A DNA stretch of 64,000 bases from Flaccisagitta enflata (lineage: Eukaryota), in the NCBI GenBank assembly GCA_965153355.1, contig OZ231126.1, positions 11,966,001-12,030,000 on the forward strand, read 5' to 3'. Shown piece after piece: positions 1 to 12,300 of the stretch. The translations under genes were made by a program, and so were the position numbers. How positions within the stretch are numbered: position 1 is the stretch's first letter; the number at the start of each line of letters is the position of its first letter. The notes under the pieces are model-generated. The model saw only the letters and a list, made by a program, of their open reading frames with translations, had not been told where the DNA came from and did not search any database.

Positions 1-85
1 ACGAAAAGACACAACGACGTAAAAACAATAATACGAAAAGTAATCAGACACTGACACAACAAAAAGACAAAAAACAAAAATATGT

Positions 86-220
86 AATAACAACATTAAC
101 AACAACATTAACAGCAACAACATTACTAACAACATTAACAGCAACAACATTATTAACAACAGTAACAACAACAACATTATCAACAACAACATTATCAACA
201 ACATTACCAACCACAACATT

Positions 221-255
<35 letters not shown>

Positions 256-275
256 CCACAACAACCACAACAACC

Positions 276-354
<79 letters not shown>

Positions 355-355
355 C
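86..355. repeat. (CAA)n microsatellite and derivatives; other long SSRs include (GAAT)n ~629-735, (CAA)n 16660-16733, (GTT)n 16911-17046, (GA)n 24130-24318, (CTTT)n 34430-34775, (CTT)n/(CTG)n 36140-36385, (GAT)n 43676-43986, (GAA)n 53395-53612
   Basis: Directly visible simple repeats; they account for the homopolymeric ORFs in the track. Confidence 0.95.
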
Positions 356-3300
356 CGGTAACGCGGGATCAATCAGTCCTTTGTCCATTCTCCTTTTGGG
401 AGAGTTGAAGTGGAGATATGGAAGCACTTCCGGTTTCTTCGGATCCGGATTCTGGCGTGTGTTGACGAGGAAGTCGGTCTTCAAGACTTCGGGATCTTCC
501 GGCACGAGGAAGAAGCGCGACCTGAAGCATCCCAACTCCTCAAACTCACCGTCGAAACATTTCGTCAACAGAGACCGAGTCGCTGATAGCAATTTGTTTT
601 TGTAAAACGTACAACAAAGAATGACTCAATGAATGAATGAATGAATGAATGAATGAATGAATGAATGAATGAATGAATGAATGAATGAATGAATGAATGA
701 ATGAATGAATTTATGAATGAATGAATGAATGAATAATTGAATTGATTAAGCTGATAGAGCGTGTCGACTTCTTATGTTTTTGTTCTGATCTCTTCTTATG
801 AGTCAATGGATGAGTTTATGTGTGAATGAATTACTGAATGAATGAATAATCACTAGAAAGTATAAACCATCGAATGCATGAACGAATAAACGAATGAATG
901 AATATTTGAAGGAACGGACGAATCAATCAATCAATCAATCATTCAGTGGATCAAAAAATCTGAACAGTATCTGGGTCCGCGACGGTGGGGGTTAAAGATC
1001 AATTCCATAAGATCGCTTTGACCAAAAGATCGCTAACTCTGTAAGTTTGCTAAAACTTTACATTTAGAGCCTCCGTACAAAGTTTCATGCAAATCCGTTT
1101 AAAAATGGCAAAGTTATGCACATTTTTCACTTTGAGGCTAGTAGGGTAGTTGGGTGGTAGGCTGGTTTGGATAAATAGTGCGCATATGTTGAGTTCTTCC
1201 ATTTAGAGACTCCATACCAAGTTTCAACCAAATTGGTTGAAAAATGTCCAATTTATGCAAGTTTTTCACTTTTAGACCAGTAAGCTGGTTGGGTGTTAGG
1301 TCGGTTTGGCAAGTTAGCATGCTCAAACATAAATAAATCACATATGTTAGAAATGTATGTCCGTCCGTTTCTTAAGTATGTGTGCTTTTGTTTCTTTTGC
1401 GTGCTTTGGCTTTTCCTCTTTCTCTATTATTCAATGCCAGCGTCTTTTGTTTCTCGCCATTTTTTATATTGAACGCTAGATGGGTAACCATATGGTTGCG
1501 CCTTGTATTTTGTGCCATTTGTTTTTATTACGTAGGCATACATACGTAACTCGTCTTTCGTATCATCCAATTTTTGGATTGATTGATTTTATTTATTTGC
1601 GGCATTGCTTCTTAAAGTGATTGATTGATTTTTCGTGATCGATTGAATGCGCCCTTGGAATTCACTAATTTCAATAATCTCTCATCTTTTTCTTGCAGAT
1701 AAACTTATGAACGGACAATTAACGTTAGTTTGACATCGACAGACTGTGGGTTGAAACCAACGAAAGTGGGCCTAAAAGTAAGTTTTATAGACGCGTCTTT
1801 TCTTTTATTAACGTTGTTTTTATCTTGTCTTCCGGTCTGTTATTTTTGTCTTTTGCCCTTTTGCATTTTTATCGCCGGATTTTAGTATGGTTTTTATCGC
1901 TTGCCCGATCAGCTTGCTATAGGGATGATATGGATGAATTTAATGGGATGGGCCGGGGCAGGGGCAGGTATTATCAGGTGGCATGGGCTCTGAAGAAGAT
2001 GAACATGTTGTCATGTGCTGTTTCTGTCCTTTATTGTGTCCTGTCTCGATTTCATGTTATCTTTTGCGTTTGCTGATCATCATTAACGCCCACTTTCCCT
2101 TTCATTTTTCCCCCTCTCTTCAGTTGTTGAAATTTTTATGGAATAAACGAGACGATCGCCTTCCTATTTTCCAATCGGCCAACTTTCTTTCACCACAAGT
2201 CGTCAGTCAGATAGACGCTCATAGACAGTGCCAGTTGAAACTCGTGGGCGTAATCATATTTCAACAATTTAAAAAACGACTCGACTCTTTCCATCTTCGA
2301 CCTCCGAAAACGAAATTGGACAATGGCAGCCGCGCGCAACGACGACACCGTCTCGACCGCTTCAACGTCATCTCGTGTATCTCACTTCGGTTTGAATCAG
2401 TGTCCGAGGTCGAATCGTTTGCGCGCAATGAGGAACGACATCACTGCGGAAATGGAAGGATGCCGGCGCCTTTTCGACGCCGTTTCTACTTGCACCGAAG
2501 GAACGAATGACTTCGACGACACCGCCTGTGAATCAGATGGCGCTCGACACGGCCTTCGGGATATGGTCTACGACTTTATATCGTATGCAAGGCAAATGGC
2601 GCTCGACTCGATGCCCGGCGACCCTCTTCGATTCGCGGCGTCTACTTTGCGTCGAATCCGGCGCGAATGGGACTCCATGCGTTTCTTTGATCGGGAGAAC
2701 TATCCAGAGGGTTTTCCTTCCAACGCCGACATCGTGAACGCAGTGCATAACGACATCGGGAATCGCAAAAGACCCGTCAATGAATTCTCATGGAACAGTC
2801 TCCCAACTGACACTCACGCCGCCCGTGACAATGTTACCGGCGCTCCGACTCCAAGGATGCGAACGTCTTCGCCAAACCCCGACGGATCCGAGTATCTACC
2901 ACTTCCGGTCCCGCGACATGGTGCGCAATCTCCAACTGGCGGCCAATTTTTAAATCTGCCGCCGATCCAAAGAGGAGATGCCGTCAATCAATGGGTATCA
3001 GATTTGGTCTCGGAAATTGAACCTGCGCGTGCGTCTCCGATGGAGCAAGCTGACGACATGCTTGCGGATCTCGACGACGCCGACGCTCTTGCAAGAGGCC
3101 GCGGGATCATCAACGGATTGACGCCGCAGGAGAGGGCGAGGCGACGCTTCGTCAACAGGAGTGCTGAGAGAGACAGATGGGGTAGGCAGTTGGAGGAGGA
3201 AATGCGACAAGGCCGTCGGCTGATTGACGATATGCAGCAGCAACAACGGGAGGAGGAGCAGCGACAGCAACAGGAGCAACAGCAGCATCAATTGCAGATG

Positions 3301-6300
3301 CAGCAGCAGCAACTCCAACAGCAACGTCAACTCCACCGACCACAGGAGCAGCAGCAAACGACGGCTCAACGGCAGCAGCAAGAGCTGTTGCAGCAGCAGC
3401 AGTTGCAGCAACTCCAACAATTTTGTCAACAAGATCAACAACAACATCAGATCCTGCAGCCGGCGCCACAACCTGTAGCTCAACAACAGCAACAACACGA
3501 CCAACAGCAGCAACAGCAGCAACAGCAACAACAACAAGAGCTGCGACAACATCAAACGGCAATGCAGCCGCATGAACAACAACAACAGCGGCAAAACGAT
3601 GCAGGAGAACATATGCAACAGCAACTGCAGCAGCAACAGCAACCTTCCGCCGCGATCCCAGCGGTGGTAGTGGATCCTCCAGCTTCAAATAACCATCCTG
3701 TCGAAAGCATGAACGTCAGTGAGGAGACAGAAGAAGAGAGACAGCAACGCCTTGCAGATCAACGTCTGCGCATGATGGCTGAAGGTGAAGGTGGTGGTGC
3801 AGCAACAGCTCCAAAGGCGCCGATCGCGGTGCCATTGGGATTCCAACAGCGAAGCTCATCACAAGAAGACAAAGAGTTATACGACAGAATGTGTAACTTT
3901 CGCCAGCAGCAGCAACGAGATGAAGATAGAAGAGCAGGAGTATTCAACAATGCGGCAGAAATGCAACGAAAGCACTGGAATAGCCTGAACGACGGCGGCA
4001 TTGGTGGAGCTTTAGAGCAGCGGGATGTGAAGCTTAGACAACTGTCTGAGCTGGACCAGCAGCAGCCGCAGCATCCGCCGAAAGACCGTCGATCCATCTT
4101 CAGAAATTTCAATCCGGGATTGTTCAATTCGAACATACAGCAACGTCATGTGCAGTCAGTGGAAACGTCCGTCAAGCAGCCGATGCAGCAGCAGCAACAG
4201 TTGGAGCAGCAGCAGCAGCAAGGACAGCGTCAGCGTCAACTGCAGCAGCAGAATGAACAGCAACAGCGTCCTGACCAGCAACAGCAGCTTCAACATCAAC
4301 AGTGGCAGCAGCAACGGCTTCAACAACAGCAACAGCATCAGGATCAGCATCATCAAACCCCAGCAGCAACGATTCTCCCTACCGCACCGGAAGTGATCTT
4401 CGAGAAGCAGATTGGTTCTGCTAGAAGGGAGACTGGTCTTCCCCATCAAGAGGAAAAGGTCTTCAACACAGCCGGAAGCGGAGGTGATGCAACGGAGGCG
4501 ATGCGCAGGAGGCAGAAGCAGGAGGCCGCTGACGCGAAGTTGGCACAGCAGCTGCAAGATAAAGAGAGAAGAAAAGTCGCTCCCAAGAAGACAATGAGTG
4601 GATTGCAGCCGAAGGCGCCGAAAGTAGCGCAAGCGCCTCTAGCAACGCCTCAAGCGGAAGTCATCCAGCAGAATCAACGTTTGCAGCAGGAAGTGGATAG
4701 TTTGAAGATGCAGATTCAGCAGAGAGACTTTGACCTTGCTGCAGCGAGAGCAGAAGAGAGACAACGCGAAGAAAAACAACAACAGCGACAGTACGTCCGC
4801 CAAGATTTTGATGCTCCCCGATTCCATCAAGATGATCGTCAACAACAAATGAATCAGCAAGAGGAAGTTGGGTGGAGTGTAAAAACCACCAAAAAGAGAT
4901 CTCCGGTAAAAGTCGGGGGTCAATACGCGTTTACCCAACAACCCCCAGCGTATCATCAAGTGGAGCATCATCAAGTAGCCCGTCAACCGGAAGTCCACGT
5001 TCAGATGCCCAACAATCCGGCTCTGGACAGGTTTTTGGAAAGAGCGGCGTACAATGATCTCATGCGAGCAAGGGAGGTCGGCCTCAAAGCGTTGGAGAGA
5101 GCAAGACCTGAGAAGCCTCTGCAGGAGCTTTCATCCACCGACTTCATGATGTGGAAGAGGAAGTTCAAAGATGCTGAGAAGCATGAAGGCTTGACGCAAA
5201 TGGACATCTTATTGGAATTGCCTAAGTGGTTTGCTGGTCCGGCAAAAGAGATCATTGAAACTGCGACGATTGATGCAACTGAAGCGACAGCAAGAGGAGA
5301 GATTGACGACGCCTTCGCAAAAATGGACGTCGTCTTTATGGCAAGGCGCTGCAACATTGCGGCGCTGTTCAACGAAATCGTCGCGGAGGCGAAGATCCAG
5401 TCGGCCGACCATGCAAGGCATTTCAATTTGTCTGCAAGGTTGCAAAAGGCAAAGAAGATTGCGAGGACCTGTGGAGAAGTGCAACAATGCTATCGTGACG
5501 AGCTGCTGCAGGAGATCCTCAATAAGAGGGTCCCTCATCTTGCAGATAAATTCTGGGAAAAGCAACATGAAGCAGCCCAAAATGGACAGTTATTTTCATT
5601 CGACAACTTGGTCAACATGATCGAGACTTGGGCGGTGATTCAGCGCAACAAAGGCGCAAGTTGCAAAACAGCATCAGTAGCAGCAGTTGCGACGACAGAA
5701 AAAGAGGCGCCTTCATCATATGAGGACGCCTTGACCAATGGCAAGCAAAAGGTGCAGTCGACGGACCGCTGCAACGTCTGCAGTGGAATGCATCAAACGG
5801 AAGAGTGTCATCAATTGTTAGAGTTGGAAGTGGACGCGAGAGTTCAGAAGATCATGTCTCGTCGTCTTTGCTTCCACTGCCTCGCGCCAGGTCACAACGC
5901 CAAAGGATGCGCGAACAGACCAACTTGCCAGACCTGTAAGAAGCGGCACGCGACTATTCTCCACGGGCGCACCTACAAGAAAGAAGAAAAGGAAGAGAAG
6001 AAAGGAGAAAATAAGCAGGGAAATAAAGTACCGCTGGCTCCCTTCAAAAAGTCAGAGGATGCGGCTGCAGCAGCACCAACAGCTCCGTCGACGACGGAAG
6101 CAGCCGATCCAACGGAAATAATCTCTCCTAACGCCACGGCATGACTGGCGGCGACGGCAACGTCGCGGTCCATCTCTTCATTCGACAACGTTGTCCGTCC
6201 GATCGTTCCAGTGACTATTATAAACAATTCTTCGGGTGCGCAGAGGACGATATACGCTATGATCGACTCAGGCGCTGATCGCGACGTGATCAGTACCAGT

Positions 6301-9300
6301 GTCATTCGCAGTCTTCTGATTCCAACAAAAACAGTGCAAATGACGGTAATTACTGTGGGAAGTCATGTTGTTGAGGATCGTTTCATCGCATCATTCACCA
6401 TGCAATCGGTCGGCGAGGAATATGTCGTCGACGTCAACGACGCGTTGGTGGGTGATTTGTTAACGAGTGAACGCGACATTCCTCCTTTTCTCCGCGACCT
6501 ATCTGACCAACCTCACATCAAAGGCATAAAATTTCCAGAAGCTGAAGGCGGTGTGATGATGATCATCGGAGCGGCGCATGCGGATGCCGCCGTCGCTCAA
6601 GAAATCCGCCGAGGGCCTTCAGGATCTTTGACTTGCTTCAGATGTCTATTCGGTTGGACTGTATGTGGAAAAACGGGGAAGAGAGGACGAGATATTGCAT
6701 CGATCAATGCTATCGCGACGGATGACCGCGTCCTCAACGACAACATCGATCGCATCCTCGACAATCGCGTCCTCAACAGCAACATTGACCGCATCTTCTA
6801 CCATGACTTTGCATCGTCAATCGTCTCGCAAGAGGAGATGGGTGATTCCCTGGAAAACATCAGAGCGTGCAAAATGTTAGAGGAAAAGACTTATTTTTGC
6901 CCGATTGTGGGAAAATATTTTGCTCCCGTCACATGGAAATTTCATCACGACAAAATCATGGAAATTCTGAGAAGAGTGAAGTCACGACCTACTGCGATGA
7001 AGCGGCTCGCCAACCAACGCTTCCGCTTCAAACGTGATCCAGCCTTTAAAGAAAGAGTCTTCCGTGAGATCGAGAAATTTTACGAGACGGGAGTGGCGAT
7101 TGAGATCAACAGCGTCGACGACGACGACAGCATTGAAAAGCCGCGCTGGTACTTACCACTTCACGTTGTGGAATTGCGCGGTAAAACGCGCGTATGCCAC
7201 GATGCGCGTGCGGCGACCGACGGGATCTCACTCAATGATTTGCTCGTCGGGGGTCCAAACTTGATGAATAGCTTGATGGACATCCTCATGCGTTTTCGTC
7301 AGTGGAAAATCGCCTTTATGTGTGATATAAAGGCGTTTTTCCACCAGATCCGCGTCCATCCTGACGACGCTGATCTGTTCAGATTCTTTTGGTTCAAAGA
7401 TCGTACTCTACGGGAAGCAATTTTGAATCTGTTCTTATCTCATGTCTTCGGCAGCCAATCCAGCTCATTCGTCACATCTTTCACCGTCAGAAAGCATGCT
7501 GAAGTAATCCGGCCCAAATATCCCTACAACGTCTACGATCTTATTCGCTACGGCTTCTACGTCGACGACGGAAGTGGGGGTGGGGATTCGGTCGACGAAG
7601 CACTGCAGCTGAAGGTGGATTCAGTGGCGGCGATGGCTGAAGGCGGGATGGACCTTGTGAAATGGAAGAGTAATGCGCGGCAATTGATGGATGGAGATCC
7701 AAACGTTCCAATCCCCATCTCAGATAAGCAAGATGATGCGCCGACGAAGGTGTTGGGCGTCTCATGGCTTCCGGCGGAAGACGTCTTTATCTTCATCTGC
7801 GACGAAGAATTCAAAACTCTTAGAGCAAAAACACCTCGTCAATTGGTCTCCATGCAAGCCAAACTTTATGATCCATTGGGATTTTGGAGCCCAAGCGCAT
7901 ATATCGGCAGACGACATCTTCAACTCTGTCGTCCACAGGAAGTGGGATGGGATTCGCCCTTGGAAGAGAGCGTCGAGGAATCCTTCTTCCGCTACACTTC
8001 ATCTTGGCCTCTTCTACAACAATACCGAATTGAACGCTGGTGGAATGGCGGCGTCGACAACAGCGACATTGCGGAAATCACAATTGAGATCTTTTGCGAT
8101 GCGGCTCCAAAAGGCGGATATGGAGCAGTTGCATATCGACGTCAAGTCAATCGAGATGGAGGTGTTCACATTTCATTCATTGCCTCCAAATCTCACGTCA
8201 TTCCACTCAATCCAAAACGTGCTTCTCATCACAACAGCGTTCCACGCGTCGAGATTGTATCCGCAGAAAAAGCAGTGCAGCTCAAACGCTTCGTCGGAAG
8301 GACCATCGACTTGGACAATCTTGTCGTAAGATTTTGGTCTGATTCTGAATCTGCACTGAAGATGATTTACAATCCGGCGAAACCGAGGCCTGTATTTTTC
8401 GCCAATCGTCTCTCCAAGATCCATAGTGGGTCTGATCCTCAACAGTGGCGCTGGGTTGACTCGTCAAACAACCCGGCGGACCACTGTAGCAGAGGCATCC
8501 AGGCCCATGAAGCCGAAAAATGGCGTCAATTCCATCACGGTCCCGCATTTTTGCGTCTTCCCGAAGATCAATGGCCAAAGACGAACATCGCGACGTGCCC
8601 TATTTCTGCACAAGTCGCCGCATTGTATGTGGCTGAAAGTGAAAAGAAACAAGTGGCTGACGCGATACTTCTTGCAGCAGCTTCTCGGGGAAAATGGATG
8701 CATAAGTTGCGGATCATCGGCATGGTTCTTATCGCAGTCAAAAGGTGGAGAGCGTATCCAAGGGCGAAGACACGAGCAGCAAAGGATCTCCTTCCTAAAC
8801 CGGAAGTGACGCAAGACGTTTTGGAGGAGGCGCGCAAACAGCTCGTCAAGTCAATGCAGCGGCATCATTATTCCGACGTCTTCGAACAATTGGAGTTGGG
8901 AAAAGTCTTTAAACCAGAAAGCCGTCATGACTTCATCATAAAAATAAGGAGATGCGAAACTGGAATCCTTTACCGACGACGACGGTATCCTTCGCGTCGG
9001 CAGCCGATTGGAAAACGCCGACATCGCACATGACGCTAAATTTCCCTTCATCCTGCCGCCAAAAGACGAGAATGTGAAATCATTAATTCGCCATTATCAT
9101 CATAATGATTTTCACGCGGGTGCAAAGCATACATTGTGCCAATTACGCCAATTTGTGTGGATTACAAAAGGTCTTCAGGCTGTCAAGAGCGTCGTCAACA
9201 CGTGCTTCAGATGCCAGAAGAACTTTAAAAAGAACGCAAATCAGCAAATGGCCAATCTTCCATCAAATCGCGTCAATCCTGCGCCTGTCTTTGCAGAGAC

Positions 9301-12300
9301 TGGATTGGATGTCATGGGGCATTTCCTAGTTAAAATGAACGGGCGTGCTGATCATAAGGTGTGGATCGCAGTGTTCACCTGTTTCGTGTCACGCGCCGTC
9401 CATGTGGAATTGCTCTTCAACATGTCAGCCGATGCGATGGTAAATGCAATCATCCGCTTTGCAGCAAGGCGCCCAGGAATCCGCCGATTCACGTCAGATT
9501 GCGGAACGAATCTAGTTGGCGCCAATAATATCCTCAAGAAGGAAATGGAAGCTTGGAACCGCTCGTCAACTTCCGAATTGCAGCGGCGCGGCCTTCGGTG
9601 GGATTCATCACGCCGAGAACACCCCACTATGGAGGGGTGTGGAGAAATCGTCTCTCTTTTTAAGCGCCATCTTGCTTCCATCTCGACTGGCGCCATCCTC
9701 CACGCCGACGCCTTCAACACTGCCGTTGTCGAAGTTGAAGGAATTCTCAATCGCCGTCCTCTGACAGCGCTCAGCGATGATCCAAATGACTCTGAGGCCC
9801 TCACACCGAATCATATCCTCAATCCATCAACATCCGGTCACGTCCTCTAGATCTGGTGCAACAAGGCGTCAACTCTGACGCCGACTCGCGAAGATTCAAT
9901 GGAGGCGTGCGCAATCGCGTGTGGATGCGTTTTGGAAATCGTGGAGGGTCGAATATTTGCCGCTTCTTCACGCGCGAAGCAAATGGTCGAGATCCGAGAA
10001 AGACTTTGCGGTTGATGACATGGTCATCGTCATGGACGAAACGCTGCCTCGTCACAATTGGAGTTAGGACGTGTCATGGGCGTCGCGGGATCGTCAGCCC
10101 GTCCGGAGGGCTCACATCCGGCGCCAAGATGGAAAGATCGTGACGAAAGACCGCACGGCTCGTGCGGCTGGAATTGGACTCATAAAAAACGCTAAGTTTT
10201 GAGAGAGAGAGAAAAAGGCGCATGGGCCTGTCCATTAGTAACTATAGATATGAGTGATTGAAACTCTGACTTGTTATATTTACAAAGAGTTGTTATTATT
10301 CATATTTGGTTCTGATTATCCATGCTTTCATCTTTCCTCTTGTCAATTATGTTGTCCATTTCCACTTACACAAAAACACTGATTCATTCGCTCTGTCTAT
10401 ATGTACATATTATTGTGCCAAAATCCGTTCTTACCATTATCAGTTCTCATTACGAACATTTCAAAGCTTCCGCTGACGACGTCATTCCATCTACGAAGTC
10501 AGTTCGCATCTTGAAGTCGCTCGTCGGAGTCAAGATGTCCCGTCAGCAGCGTCTCGAGGCCGAAGCCGACGTGTCGACGTCGTACGGATCCTTGGATCTC
10601 CATCGACTCTTCAACGACGGCTCGACTCGAGAAGGATCTGCATCCACGACGTCGTTCGGGGCGGAGGAGGAGTGCTGTCGTGCTGGTACCAATGGCGACC
10701 TTCTGCCCACGTGAGACGCAAAAATGGCGAATAAAAAGCGTCAACAAGATGATGCGTTGGTGAATCGTCAACAGCCATCCAACGCCGTTGATCCTGCGTC
10801 GCTTCCTCCATTGGTGGTCATCAGAGATGGAGGTTCGAGGCGGATCTCGATCAATCGGCCGCCGACGGACTTATCCACCACTGCCGCGGCGGCGTCATCA
10901 TCATCGGATTTACCCCCATCGCCTCGCCGATCCGGCCTTGATTTCGGTCGCCCAGCGTCTCGTGATCAAGCGCCTGCAGCTGCATGTCAACGCAGCGGGG
11001 GCGAAGAGAGAGAGAGATCGGTCAATGATGGAGCAAGAGTGGAGGAGGAGGGGGTGGAAACAGAGGAGGAGGTGTTAGTGAATGGGGAGGCGGTGGAGAA
11101 AGACATTGACCCGGAAGTGGACACATGTATCGCCGGAAGAGAAACACCAACGGATGCAGGCACGTTGGTGGTATCGCATCATCAGGTCCGACGCCGGAGT
11201 CTCTCCTCTTCAAAGAGTTTGGAAAACTTTCAGTAAAGGCAACAAACAAACTCTCCGCGCTCATCGGCTAATCAAACAGAGCTTGGCTCGGAGACTCTGG
11301 AGCGCAAAATCCAAAGTAATAAAAGAAGGAGGGAGCATGATAAGTATGTTCGCCGCATTGTCCAGGCGACGAAGAGGAAGAATGCGGCTCCGGCCTCTGG
11401 ATGCAACTGCACTTTCATCTGCAGCAAATTCGCCGACGCTTCCGCAACTCCACCAGCGGTATTTGTGCTCGACGCAGCCGCAGCTACATCAGCGGCAATT
11501 CACTCTACAGCATCAGGAAGTCGCCAATCGCGCCCTGGATTGGTTCATCCCCCAAATCAGCAGCAACACAGGGTCCTCGTGATTACCCCTCACAACAGTC
11601 GAAGAGAGATCACGTCGGGGAAAGACTCCACAAACGCGTAATGTGCCGAGTCAACAGTGTGGGCCAGATTCCAAAAGCAAAGGCCCCTTCAAGCGCCTCC
11701 AAGCGCGCCCTCTGAGCAGTACGCCCAAAGGCCAGGAGAAGCTTCGTGGTTCGTCGACGGCAACGTTGGCAGCAACCCAGAAGCTGAATCAGGCTGCCTG
11801 GGGCAGCGGCAGCAAAGGGAAGAAGACCAAGAGAGCTGGGAAGAAGCATAAAGCAGCAACCAAGGGAGGTTCTACTTGCGGTGCTTCGGCGCCCGCTGTT
11901 AAACCTCAAGTCTCTGGTCAGCAGACGGGAGCGTCTTCCTTTCACCCGCAGCCATCAAAAGCAGCGGTGAAGAACTAGTTGGCGGTGCTTCAGCATCTGT
12001 TAAAGCTGGTGTAGCGCCTCGTCAGCAAACCAGTCTGCCAAGGTCTGCAGCAAGTGCAGAACCCGCTCCCTCGTCGGATCCAGCCTTTGATCCTGCGCAT
12101 GGACACACATCGCCGAGTCATTGCTACGAGAAGCCTCTTCACTGACCTCAAACGCTCCATTGGGTGTGGTGAAGAATTTAGCATCAAGGCTTCCGAAAGA
12201 CTTCTTCGCGTCGCTTAATCCGCGTCAACGAGTTGAAGCGGCTCGTCAAGTCTTAGACGAGAGGATTCGTCGCAACATCCAAAAGGAGAGAGACGATGCT

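Noticed and set aside
1825-2510. ORFs within the LTR (83 aa, 175 aa) and their copies at 14125-14573
   Set aside because: Non-ATG or short, no recognisable domain; duplicated only because the LTR is duplicated.
2998-5580. Minus-strand Leu/Val/Ala-rich ORFs
   Set aside because: Antisense shadows of the CAG/CAA-rich gag.
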